Shown in pieces: positions 43,275-53,273 of a stretch of DNA of 64,000 bases. Positions within the stretch are counted from its first letter, which is position 1. Each line of letters begins with the position of its first letter. The DNA lies in contig CAWDXG010000003.1 in assembly GCA_963806225.1 (NCBI GenBank), positions 128,001-192,000 on the forward strand, written 5' to 3'. This stretch comes from an uncultured delta proteobacterium. GTDB lineage: Bacteria > Myxococcota_A > Polyangia > Polyangiales > Polyangiaceae. Below the pieces are notes generated by a model that made no database searches, was not told where the DNA came from, and saw only the letters and a list, made by a program, of their open reading frames with translations. Position numbers and translations under genes: made by a program.

Positions 43275-44143
43275 AGAGCATGACCGGCTTCGGGCTGGGC
43301 GAAGCGGCGCTCGGCGAGGGGCGCGTGGCGCTCGAGGTGCGCTCGCTCAACCATCGCTTCCTCGATGTGCGCGTGCGCATGCCGTCCGAGCTGTCCGACC
43401 AGGGGTTCTACCTCGAACAGCTCGCGCGCGAGCTGCTGACGCGCGGTCGCTACGACATCGGCGTGCGCCTGGAGGGCACACCCCTGCCCCCGCCGCGCCT
43501 GGACCTGGCCCGGGCCCGCGCCGCGTACCTGGCGCTGTCGAAGCTCAGGGACGAGCTGGCGCCGGGCAGCGAGCTGCCCCTCACCGCGGTGACGGCGGTG
43601 CCGGATCTCCTGTCGAGCAGCTCCGTGGCAGAGGTAGACGCGGTGCGCGCGGCATTGAAGAGCGCGCTCGAGCGCGGGCTTTCGAGCCTGGACGAGATGC
43701 GGCGGGCAGAGGGCAACGCGCTCGAGCGCGAGCTCAGAGCGCGGCTCGATGCGGCGAAGAAGCTGCTCGACGCGATCGCGGAGCGCGGTGACGAGATGGT
43801 CCAGGCGCACCGCGAGCGACTCCGACAACGCCTCGAGCGGCTGCTCGACAACACCGGCGTCGGCGTGGAGCAGGGCCGGATCGAAACGGAGATCGCGGTG
43901 CTGGCCGACCGCAGCGACGTGACCGAGGAGCTCGTCCGGCTGGGAAGCCACTACGTCCAGTTCGGTGAGCTGCTCGACAAGGACGAGCCGGTCGGCCGCC
44001 GGCTCGATTTCCTGCTTCAGGAGGTCGGACGCGAGGTGAACACGGTCGGCTCGAAGAGCCAGGACGCACCAGTCGCCCATCTGGTAGTAGAGATGAAGTC
44101 CGAGATCGAGCGCATGCGGGAGCAGGTGCAGAATGTCGAATAG
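43271..44143 (+). CDS. yicC: YicC/YloC family endoribonuclease
   Basis: SMTGFG, RSLNHRFLD, DVTEELVRL, GRRLDFLLQE, REVNTVGSK, REQVQNVE. Confidence 0.93.
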   Translation: MKSMTGFGLGEAALGEGRVALEVRSLNHRFLDVRVRMPSELSDQGFYLEQLARELLTRGRYDIGVRLEGTPLPPPRLDLARARAAYLALSKLRDELAPGSELPLTAVTAVPDLLSSSSVAEVDAVRAALKSALERGLSSLDEMRRAEGNALERELRARLDAAKKLLDAIAERGDEMVQAHRERLRQRLERLLDNTGVGVEQGRIETEIAVLADRSDVTEELVRLGSHYVQFGELLDKDEPVGRRLDFLLQEVGREVNTVGSKSQDAPVAHLVVEMKSEIERMREQVQNVE

Positions 44144-44768
44144 CGGGCCGCTGTTGTTGATCGTCTCCTCCCCCTCGGGCGCAGGCAAGACCACGCTCAC
44201 CGGGAGACTGCGGCAACAGATTCCGGATCTCGGCTTCAGCGTGTCGCACACCACCCGCAAGCCCCGCGCCGGCGAACAGAACGGCCGCGAGTACCACTTC
44301 GTCGGTCGCGAGACCTTCGAGAAGCTGATCGAGCTGGACGAATTCGTGGAGTGGGCCGAGGTCCACGGCAATCTCTACGGCACCACGCGGGCGGAGCTGG
44401 ACCGCGCGTCCGGCGCACGAGGCCTGATCTTCGACATCGACCACCAGGGCGCCCGCCAGATCAAGAGCGCCAGGCCCGACGCCGTCGCTGTGTTCATCCT
44501 GCCCCCGAGCATGGACGTCCTCGAGAAGCGGCTGCGAGGACGTGCCAGCGAGGACGAGGAGACGGTGCAACGGCGCTTCCGCGTGGCGCGCGAGGAAATC
44601 GCGCACTACGGCCTCTTCGACTACGTGCTGGTGAACGACGACCTGGACGAAGCCACGATCCGGCTCGTGTCCGTGTTCCGGGCGGAGGAATGCCGGCGCG
44701 CGCGGCAGGCCAGGATCGCCGAGCGGCTGCTCGCCCAGAACCGCGACTTCGGGCAGGCCCCGCGCTAG
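44133..44768 (+). CDS. gmk: Guanylate kinase
   Basis: SPSGAGKTT, SHTTRKPR.GE.NGREYHF, EWAEVHGNLYGT. Confidence 0.96.
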   Translation: MSNSGPLLLIVSSPSGAGKTTLTGRLRQQIPDLGFSVSHTTRKPRAGEQNGREYHFVGRETFEKLIELDEFVEWAEVHGNLYGTTRAELDRASGARGLIFDIDHQGARQIKSARPDAVAVFILPPSMDVLEKRLRGRASEDEETVQRRFRVAREEIAHYGLFDYVLVNDDLDEATIRLVSVFRAEECRRARQARIAERLLAQNRDFGQAPR

Positions 44769-44836
44769 CCCGCGGAGACCCCGCCGGCCGGGGCGCGGCT
44801 TGATTGGCGCGCGCGCGCCATGTTACGGCCCGCATC

Positions 44837-45709
44837 ATGAACCGTGTCCTCGGCGTCATCGGCGGCAGCGGCATCTACGCAATCGACGGGCTCTCCAGCG
44901 TGGAGGAGGTCGTGGTCGACACGCCCTTCGGCTCGCCCAGCGACGCGATCGTTCGCGGCAAGCTCGGCAACGCCACGCTGCTTTTCCTGCCACGACACGG
45001 CCGCGGCCACCGCATCCCACCCCACAGGATCAACTACCGCGCGAACATCTGCGCGCTGAAGAAGCTCGGCGCCGGACAGGTCATCAGCCTCTCGGCCGTA
45101 GGCTCGATGAAGGAGGAGATTGCGCCCGGCGACGTGGTGATCGTCGACCAGTACATCGACCTCACCAAGCGCCGGATCAGCACGTTTTTCGACGACGACG
45201 TGGCGGCACACGTCGGATTCTCCGACCCGGTATGCCCCGCGCTGGCCGAGGCCGCAGCGGCAGCCGCAGAGCGGGCGGGAGCGACGCTGCATCGCGGCGG
45301 CACCTACGTGTGCATGGAAGGGCCACAATTTTCCACCCGCGCCGAGAGCCTGCTCTACCGCAGCTGGGGCGTCTCGGTCATCGGCATGACCTCGATGCCC
45401 GAGGCGAAACTGGCGCGGGAAGCCGAAATGCCGTACGCCACCATGGCGCTTGCAACCGACTACGACTGCTGGCACGAAACGGAAGAAGCCGTTTCGGTCG
45501 ACAGCGTGCTCGCCGTGCTGCGGCACAACGCCGAGCTCGCGAAACGCATGGTCGCCGAACTGGCGGCAAGCCTGCCGGACCCGGCCCAGAGCCCGGCATC
45601 CAGGGCGCTCGAGTCCGCCCTGATCACCCCCACGGACAGCATCAGCGCCGAAGCGCGCGCCCGGCTCGATTGGCTGATCCGCCCCTACCTCGAAAAAGAG
45701 CAGCGATGA
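44837..45709 (+). CDS. mtnP: S-methyl-5'-thioadenosine phosphorylase
   Basis: GVIGGSG, RHGRGH, NYRANI, EGPQFSTRAES, GMT..PEAKLARE, TDYDCW. Confidence 0.92.
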   Translation: MNRVLGVIGGSGIYAIDGLSSVEEVVVDTPFGSPSDAIVRGKLGNATLLFLPRHGRGHRIPPHRINYRANICALKKLGAGQVISLSAVGSMKEEIAPGDVVIVDQYIDLTKRRISTFFDDDVAAHVGFSDPVCPALAEAAAAAAERAGATLHRGGTYVCMEGPQFSTRAESLLYRSWGVSVIGMTSMPEAKLAREAEMPYATMALATDYDCWHETEEAVSVDSVLAVLRHNAELAKRMVAELAASLPDPAQSPASRALESALITPTDSISAEARARLDWLIRPYLEKEQR

Positions 45710-46629
45710 GCAAAAAGAGCAGCACCCCCGTCCTGATTGTCGGCTCGATGGCCTTCGACGACCTCGAGCTGCCCACCGGCGCGTCCAAGGACGTGGTCGG
45801 CGGATCGGCGACCTACGCCTCGATGGCCACCAGCCTGTTCGCGCCGGCGCGCGTTGTGGCCGTGGTCGGAAGCGACTTCCCGAAAGAGACGCTCGGCGAT
45901 CTGTCGAGCCGCGGCATCGACACCACCGGCATCGAGACGGCCGACGGCAAGACGTTCCGCTGGGCGGGGCGTTACGCGGAGAATCTCTGCAGCCGCACCA
46001 CGCTGGACACGCAGCTCAACGTCTTCGCCGACTTTTCGCCCAAGCTGCCCGACAGCTACCGCGACAGCGAGTACATCCTGCTCGGCAACATCCATCCGGC
46101 GCTGCAGCTCCAGGTGCTCGAGCAGGTGAAGAACCCGCGCTTCGTGGCGGCGGACACCATGAACTTCTGGATTGAAGGCGAGCGTAGCGCGCTCGGCAAG
46201 GTGCTCGAGCGCATCGACACGCTCGTCATCAATGACGAGGAGCTGCGCCAGCTCGCGGACGAGTGGAACATCAAGAAGGCGGCGCGGGCGGTGCTCGACA
46301 TGGGGCCGAAGCGCCTGGTGGTGAAGCGCGGCGAGTACGGCGCCATGCTGTTCGACGAGCACGGTATCTTCTTCGCCCCGGCGTATCCGCTCGAGACCGA
46401 GATCGATCCGACCGGTGCCGGCGACACCTTTGCCGGCGCCCTGCTGGGCTACCTTGCCGACGAGGGCGAGCTGGATCGCTCGACGCTGCGCCGCTCGCTC
46501 ATGATGGCAGCGACGGTCGCGAGCTTCTGCGTCGAGGACGTCGGCACCCGCCGGCTCGCGGGGCTCGAGCGCTCGCAGGTCGCTGAACGGCTCGAATCGC
46601 TCCGCACGCTGGTACACTTCGGCGCGTAG
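45706..46629 (+). CDS. PfkB-family carbohydrate/nucleoside kinase
   Basis: GGSATY, DTMNFWI, DPTGAGDTFAG. ATGA overlap with mtnP. Confidence 0.92.
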   Translation: MSKKSSTPVLIVGSMAFDDLELPTGASKDVVGGSATYASMATSLFAPARVVAVVGSDFPKETLGDLSSRGIDTTGIETADGKTFRWAGRYAENLCSRTTLDTQLNVFADFSPKLPDSYRDSEYILLGNIHPALQLQVLEQVKNPRFVAADTMNFWIEGERSALGKVLERIDTLVINDEELRQLADEWNIKKAARAVLDMGPKRLVVKRGEYGAMLFDEHGIFFAPAYPLETEIDPTGAGDTFAGALLGYLADEGELDRSTLRRSLMMAATVASFCVEDVGTRRLAGLERSQVAERLESLRTLVHFGA

Positions 46630-46745
46630 CGCGAGCCGGGCGCCCGCTTGGCGCGGGGCTCTCGATCGGCTAACACGCGGTACCAGTGGCCGGCGTCTGC
46701 GCAGCAATGCGCCCTCGCGGCGGGTCGAGAGAGGAGTCCAGGCAG

Positions 46746-47759
46746 ATGTTGCGTTGTCCCTTTGGCCTCGTGGTGCCTTTCGTGGTGGCGGGCGTCGTGC
46801 TCGTCGCCGGTTGCAGCAGTAGCAACACCGACAACGGAGGCGGCTCGGCTGGCGCCACCGGAGGCTGCAAGCCGACCGCGGCGGAGTGCTACGGCGCCGG
46901 CCCGGACGGACCGGGCAACGCCTGCCTCGCCAAGGCCGACAACACCGGCGACAAGGTCCAGCTCAGGCTCAGCCAGCTCCAGGTCAGCTCGCCGGTGGCG
47001 CTGATCCAGCCCTTCATGCAGGACGCGATCATCACCAAGAAGATCAATCTGCACCAGCAGGCCTGCTACCAGTCCGGCGAGGCCGAGTTCAACATCCTGT
47101 TCGAGCTCGACACGAAGGCGAAGACGCTCACGGCCGGAGCCAGCATCCCGCAGGAGCTCATCGGCGCGCCCAAGGACGGCACCTGCTTCGCGAAATTCAC
47201 CGACCAGTCGTCGGGCATCGACGTAGGCCCCGTCTCCACGCCCTTCACCGTCAGCGGTGACACCTACTCGGCCAACTTCGACAAGCTGGTCCTCCCCATC
47301 TACATCAACCCGGTCCAGGACAGCTACGCGCTCCTGCCCCTGCACAACGTCGACGTGACGGCGACCCTGTCCAAGGATCACGACTGCGTCGGCTCGTTCC
47401 GCGCGGCCGATCTGCAGCCGCCGCTGTGCGCGCCGGCCGAAGGCGAGTTCGCCTGGGTGAACGGCGGTGGCTTCGACGCCTACATCACGGTGGCCGAGGC
47501 CGACACGGTGGACATCGTCGACCTGGGCGAGTCGCTGTGCGTCCTGCTCAGCGGCGACCCCGCCACCTGGAAGGGCACGGATCCGAAGCACACTTGCAAG
47601 GGTTCCGACCAGTACAAGGCGACCAACCAGCTGCCCGAGGGCGACTGGTGTTCCAGCACGAACTCGGCCAGCGGCTGCAAGGACGCCTGGCACCTGGTGA
47701 CGAAGTTCGCGGCGAGCGCCATCAAGATCGACGATGGCAAGTTCAACACCTGCAAGTAG
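46746..47759 (+). CDS. Cys-rich myxobacterial lipoprotein, unknown function
   Basis: GAGGAG RBS, lipobox VAGC, strong GC3 bias. Confidence 0.8.
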   Translation: MLRCPFGLVVPFVVAGVVLVAGCSSSNTDNGGGSAGATGGCKPTAAECYGAGPDGPGNACLAKADNTGDKVQLRLSQLQVSSPVALIQPFMQDAIITKKINLHQQACYQSGEAEFNILFELDTKAKTLTAGASIPQELIGAPKDGTCFAKFTDQSSGIDVGPVSTPFTVSGDTYSANFDKLVLPIYINPVQDSYALLPLHNVDVTATLSKDHDCVGSFRAADLQPPLCAPAEGEFAWVNGGGFDAYITVAEADTVDIVDLGESLCVLLSGDPATWKGTDPKHTCKGSDQYKATNQLPEGDWCSSTNSASGCKDAWHLVTKFAASAIKIDDGKFNTCK

Positions 47760-47769
47760 CAGGACGGGC

Positions 47770-47808
47770 GGCGGGGTAAGGGATTATCGCACCCGGCCCT
47801 ACCCCGCC
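47770..47808. repeat. Intergenic inverted repeat (terminator- or REP-like)
   Basis: GGCGGGGTAAGGG...CCCTACCCCGCC with a one-base bulge. Confidence 0.45.
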
Positions 47809-47979
47809 TGACATCGTCCTACGCGACGCCGCTCATGTGGCCCCGCTTGTCGTGGTTGGATTCAGCGATTCGTCGAACAACCGGGCTTGCGTCCGCGCTA
47901 CACTCTGCGTGCACGTCCTTGCGCGCTGGGGCGCGTGAAAGCGCGGCCGCCTGGCCGCACTGCTTCGGGAGATGAACGC

Positions 47980-50900
47980 ATGCCTCGCTGGCTGAAGCAC
48001 TTCCTCTTCATTTTTGTCCTCGTCATATTCGGGGGTTGCGCAGGCAGCTGCTCGGGCTGTTCGGGCTGCGGGGTCACGCCTCTTCCCGGCGGGTTCCCCT
48101 CCGACAAGCGGGTCGAGAACGCCACCAGCGTGCGCCTCACCGACAGCGGCTTGAAGTTCCTGAGCGCGAACCTCGGGCCGATAGCCGGCAATCTGGTCGG
48201 TGGAGGCACCGATCCGAACGGCACGATCACGTTCGATGTTCCCCGTCGCACACCAGCACGACGGTGATCATCGCCAAGGTGAACATCGACGTATGCAAGG
48301 ACGGGCCGAAGCCGAACGCGAACCCGAAGGAGTGCATCGTCGAGATCGGCCTGGGCAAGGCCAACCTGACCATCGCGACCGCAGCACCGCACGACATCCA
48401 CGTCACCGGCACGTTGCCCGTGCGACTGCAGAGAGCGCCGATCAGCACCAGCATCGGCAGCATGTGCGCGTCGCTGGACAACGGCGGGAACTTCGCCGAC
48501 ATCCCGGTCAACGTCGACGTATCGCTGGAAACCGATCTCGACCCGACCCACGCGTCACGCAAGGGCTACACGAAGGTCAAGATCAACGCGCTCACGGTCG
48601 ACAAGAATGCTCTCGAGAGCAACCTGCACTTCGGCTGCGGCATCCTGGGCAGCATCACCAACTTCCTGAAGAGCTTCCTCGCCGGACAGCTCATCTCGCC
48701 GCTGACCGACTCGCTGAAGAGCACCGTCGAGCAGCAGCTGTGCACCAAGGAGGACCCGACCACCGGCGTCACCTGCCCCTCCGGAACCTATCCGGATTCC
48801 GGCGGGACCTGCCGCTACTGCTCACCGAACGCGCAGGGCCAGTGCCCCGACACCAGCGCCGAGTGCGTGGGCATGGCGCTCGGCACCGACGGGAACGTCA
48901 ACCTCGAGAGCGCGCTGGCCAGCATCTCGCCTGGCACCAAGGGCGGATTCAACTTCCTCGCGGCGCTCGGCGGCGAGGGCGCGCGCGACAACGACGCCAA
49001 CATGACCTGGGGCGATCTGGACCCGGTGAACAGCGGCGCAACGGTGGGCATGCTCGGCGGCGCCGAGCCCACGCCGATCGCCACCTGTGTTCCGATCAAG
49101 AATCTGACCCGCCCCGACGGGATCCCGATCCCCGACGAGATCCGCGCCAACACGGTCTCCAACTGGAGCGGAGCCGGTCCGGACGTCGGCTTCGCCGTCA
49201 GCCAGCGCTACATCAACTACCTGCTCGGCGGCGTGTACAACAGCGGCGCGCTGTGCCTCGGCATCGGCAGCAGCACGCTCGGCAGCATGCTGAACTCCAA
49301 CACGCTGGGCCTGCTCATCCCTTCGCTCAAGGATCTCGGCCGGCAACGCAAGCAGCAGCCGTTGGCGCTGATGGTCAGGCCGCAGAACCCGCCCACCGTG
49401 GAGGTCGGCAACGGCACGGATCTGGCCAAGGACCCGCTCTTGAAGGTCACGATGAAGCAGCTGGCCATCGACTTCTACGTCTGGTCGAGCGACCGCTACA
49501 TCCGCGCGTTCTCGGCCAGCTTCGACGTGATCATTCCGGTCAATCTCGACGTGAACGACAAGAGCCAGCTGACCCCGGTGCTCGACAAGATCGACGTATC
49601 GAATCCCAAGCTGTTCAACGCGCCGCTGCTGCGCGAGGACGAGAAGTCGGCGGCCGACGCGCTCGCCAAGATCATCGCGGGGCAGGTCGGCGGAGCGCTG
49701 GGCGGTTCGATCGCCCCGGTCGACATCAACGGCCAGCTGACCTCGCTCGGCATCCAGCTCACCATCCCGCCCACGGTGAAGGGACAGGGCAGCCCCGGAC
49801 TCCGGCTGCTCACCAAGGGCAGCGACAACTTCCTGGGAATCTTCGCTTCTTTCAGCACCGTGTCGGGGCCGACGGCCCCGCTCCTGCGCAGCCACACCAC
49901 GGCCGAGCTGGTCTCGAAGAAGGTCGACCCCAGAGGGCTGGCGCTCCCCACCATCACGGCCAAGGACCGGCCGAAGGTGGAGATCAGGGTCTCGAGCTCG
50001 CTCGACACCGGCGCACAGCCCGTCGAGTACCAGTACCGCCTCGACGGCGGCTTCTGGCACGAGTGGACGGACTCGCGCTACATCACCGTCGACTCGCCGA
50101 CGCTGTCGCTGCAGGCGCGGCACCACATCGACGTGCGTTCGCGCGTCGTGGGACAGCCGACGACGGTCGATCGCAGCTTCGCTTCGCTCGAGGTGCTGAT
50201 CGACAAGTCGCCCCCGGATATCGACCTGGCTTCGCACGTGTCCAGCGACCAGCTGGGCATCCAGGTGCGTGACGTGGTCTCCCCGCAGTCGGCCATCCAG
50301 GTGCGCTGGGCGCTCGATAGCGAGCCGTTCGGCGACTGGCAGACCGCCGACCAGGTCAAGGACATCGATGTCGCCCAGGCGAAGCGCATCAGCGTGGAAG
50401 CGAAGGACGAGGAAGGCAACATCGCGACGAAGCAGCAGGGCCTGATCCGCGGACGGCAGGATCCCGCGCTGGCTCCGGCGAGCAGCTGCGGCTGCCGCGT
50501 GCCTGGCGACGCAAGCCCGGCTGGCACGGGCTACGGGCTCGGCGCGATCCTCGGGCTGGGGCTTTTGTTCGGCCTGCGCCGCCGCGGCGGTCGTCGGGAC
50601 GACGACGACGAGCCCCCGGGCGGTGGACGCTCCAAAAGTGCCGTCCCCGCTCGTCTAGTGCGCGTCGCAGCGACCGCCGGCGCCATGCTGGTTGCCGCGT
50701 CGTGGTCGGGCTGCTCCTGCGGCAGCGACACGAAGAGCGACAAGCCGTCGGGCTGCCCCACCTGCGAACAGATCCTGCCGGGCCTGGTGGGCAGCTATTC
50801 GTCGGCGGCGGTCGGCCAGGACGGCAGCGTCTGGGTCGCCGGCTACGACGACATCGGATACACGCAAGCGCCCGACGCGGGCCCCGAGTCGATCCTGTTC

Positions 50901-52199
50901 GGCGATCTGGTGATCGGGAAATGGGACGGCCAGAAGGTCGACTGGCAAAGCGTCGACGGCCTGCCCGCGGTCGACCCCACCCTGGACCCCGGCACGACGG
51001 GCGGCCCGCCCGATCCGGAGTTCTACGACCCCAAGGGGTTCCGTCAGGGGCTGACCGATCCGGGCGACAACGTCGGTCTGTGGACGAGCATCCAGCTCGA
51101 CAGTGCGGGCAACCCGGAGGTGGCCTACTACGACGCCACCCACCGCGCGCTCAAGTTCGCCAGCTACGACGGCACGACCTGGAGCACGCAGACGGTGGAG
51201 TCCGACGATCACGGCGACATCGGACGCTACGCGAAGCTCTTGATCGTGGACGGCAAGCCGGTCATCGCGTACCTGGCCATCAAGCAGGGCGACAGCCCCG
51301 GTTCGGCCAAGAGCTCGGTGCGCGTGGCAACGGCCAGCACGGCAACGCCCGCCGCCACAGGCGACTGGAGCTTCGCCGACGCCGCGGTCGCCAACAGCGT
51401 CCCGTGCCGCGACTACACCTGCAACACGGGCGAGTACTGTCGCGTCGACACCGGCGTGTGCGAGAAGCCGGCCACGGGCTGCGATCCGAACTGCACCAGC
51501 GGCAACAAGTGCATGGACGTGGCCGGCACGCCGACCTGCACGGCGACGCTGAGCTCGACCGCCACCGAGGACTACCCGGAGGCGTACGGCCTGTACGTCT
51601 CGATGGCGCCGACGTCCTCGGGTCTCGGCATCGTCTTCTACGACCGCATCCACGGCAACCTGTACGGAGTGAGCGAGAACGGCGGCACCTGGGGCACGCC
51701 GCTCCTGCTCGACGGCCAGGCCAAGGACGCGCAGGGCAATGACATCGACACCGGCGACGTCGGCATCGGAGCGAGCCTGTTCATCGACCAGAGCGGCGAT
51801 TGGCACGTCAGCTACGTGAACGGCTTCGACGAGTCGGTGATGTACCAGATGGTCAAGGGCGGCACGACAGCGGGCAAGCCCGAGTTGGTGGACAGCGGCA
51901 GTACCCCCGACGGTCAGGCCGTGGTCGGCGACGACTCGGCGATCACCGTCACGGGCTCGGGCGAGGTGCACATCGCCTACCAGGACGCGACCAACGGTCA
52001 GCTGCGCTGGGCCGTGGGCGCACCCGCGCCGAGCGGCGGCGGGCATAACTGGACGGCCAAGTCGCTCAGCGTGGAGAGCGAGGCCTTCGCGGGCGCGTTC
52101 AACCACATCCTCGACGTGAACGGCTCCACGGAAGTCATGACGTGGTGGCGCAAGGGCAAGCCGATCACCGTCGGCGACGTGAAGCTCGTCACGCCGTAG
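47980..52199 (+). CDS. Surface protein of about 1406 aa: BPI/LBP-like N-half, internal MYXO-CTERM, second signal, beta-propeller-like C-half; -1 frameshift near 48243
   Basis: Signal with GGCAGSCSGCSGCG, SVRLTDSGLKFL, internal SSCGCRV...TM...LRRR, propeller-like repeats VGxxxSI.lD..G.p.VAYYD. Adding one C in GTTCCCCGTCG joins the frames. Confidence 0.8.
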
Positions 52200-52285
52200 T
52201 TCGTATCCCCCCCGCCTGCCGGCGGGACCTGGCAGCCTCTGCGCGCAGAGCTGCGGCGCGACACCGCCGGCCCGGCGCGACCCTC

Positions 52286-52540
52286 CTACGCTGCTGCGGT
52301 GGCGCTCAGCACGCCGGTGGCCGGACCGTCCACCTTGTTGCGTTCCTCGGCCACGATCTCGAGAAGCTCGCCCTTGTCGGCGATGCCGGTTTCGAGCAGG
52401 ACGCGCATGTAGCCGTCCACGTAGCCGTGGGCGCGCGCGAGCCGCGCGTAGGCCACGCCGTCCATCCTGAGACGGAACACGTCGCGCAGCATCGCTCTCA
52501 GGGTCTCGAGCATCTCGGACTTTGAAGTTCTGGTCGGCAT
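52286..52540 (-). CDS. Small hypothetical protein (84 aa)
   Basis: GGGAG RBS, helical [18 protein letters not shown] motif. Confidence 0.7.
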   Translation of the reverse strand: MPTRTSKSEMLETLRAMLRDVFRLRMDGVAYARLARAHGYVDGYMRVLLETGIADKGELLEIVAEERNKVDGPATGVLSATAAA

Positions 52541-52745
52541 CTCCCAATCTCCCGTCGTCCGCGCTTTCGTGTGGATGCGCGTGACCCGATTCCGGTACCT
52601 GCACCGGCCCGGCCGGGCCAAGTTGTCGGCGGTGCGCCGCGGGCGGGAACGGTTGAACGACGCGCCCGGTGGCTCTATCTTTCCCGCGTCCGGCAGGTGG
52701 ACCCGCGCGCTGCGGGCCGCCATGACGCGACACAGCGAGGCATCC

Positions 52746-53153
52746 ATGAAGCTCAACGTCTTCAAGTCCAAGATCCACCGCGCCACGGTCACCCACGCCG
52801 ATCTCGACTACGAGGGGAGCGTCACTATCGACGCCGCGTTGCTCGAGGCCGCGGACATCCTGCCCTACGAGAGCGTGCACATCTGGAACGTCACGCGCGG
52901 CACGCGGCTCGTCACCTACGCGCTCGAAGGACCGCGGGGGTCCGGCGCCGTGTGCGTCAACGGAGCTGCGGCGCACCACAACCAGCCCGGCGATCTCGTC
53001 ATCCTCGCCACCTTCGCCCATATGACGCGGGACGAGGCGCGGACCCACAAACCGACGGTCGTCCGGGTCGACGGCGACAACCGCCCGCTCGGCGACGAGC
53101 GCGAGGAACAGCCGGGTCCCGTGCTCCACTCGCCCGGCCCCCTCGCCTCCTGA
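52746..53153 (+). CDS. panD: Aspartate 1-decarboxylase
   Basis: [14 protein letters not shown] self-cleavage site, TYA, NGAAA, GDLVI. Confidence 0.96.
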   Translation: MKLNVFKSKIHRATVTHADLDYEGSVTIDAALLEAADILPYESVHIWNVTRGTRLVTYALEGPRGSGAVCVNGAAAHHNQPGDLVILATFAHMTRDEARTHKPTVVRVDGDNRPLGDEREEQPGPVLHSPGPLAS

Positions 53154-53273
53154 GCGCGGATGCGGCGGCAACCGGCTGTTGGTCAGCCACATACCAGATG
53201 GTATGTGAACGAGCTCCGTGAATGGCTGGCGGAGCGAGCGGCGTTCGGATAAGGCGTCGTCCCAGTCCTGAAC

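Noticed and set aside
44800..45705. N-terminal extension or fusion on the PfkB kinase (609-aa ORF)
   Set aside because: An alternate frame overlapping mtnP. The real start is the ATG at 45706.
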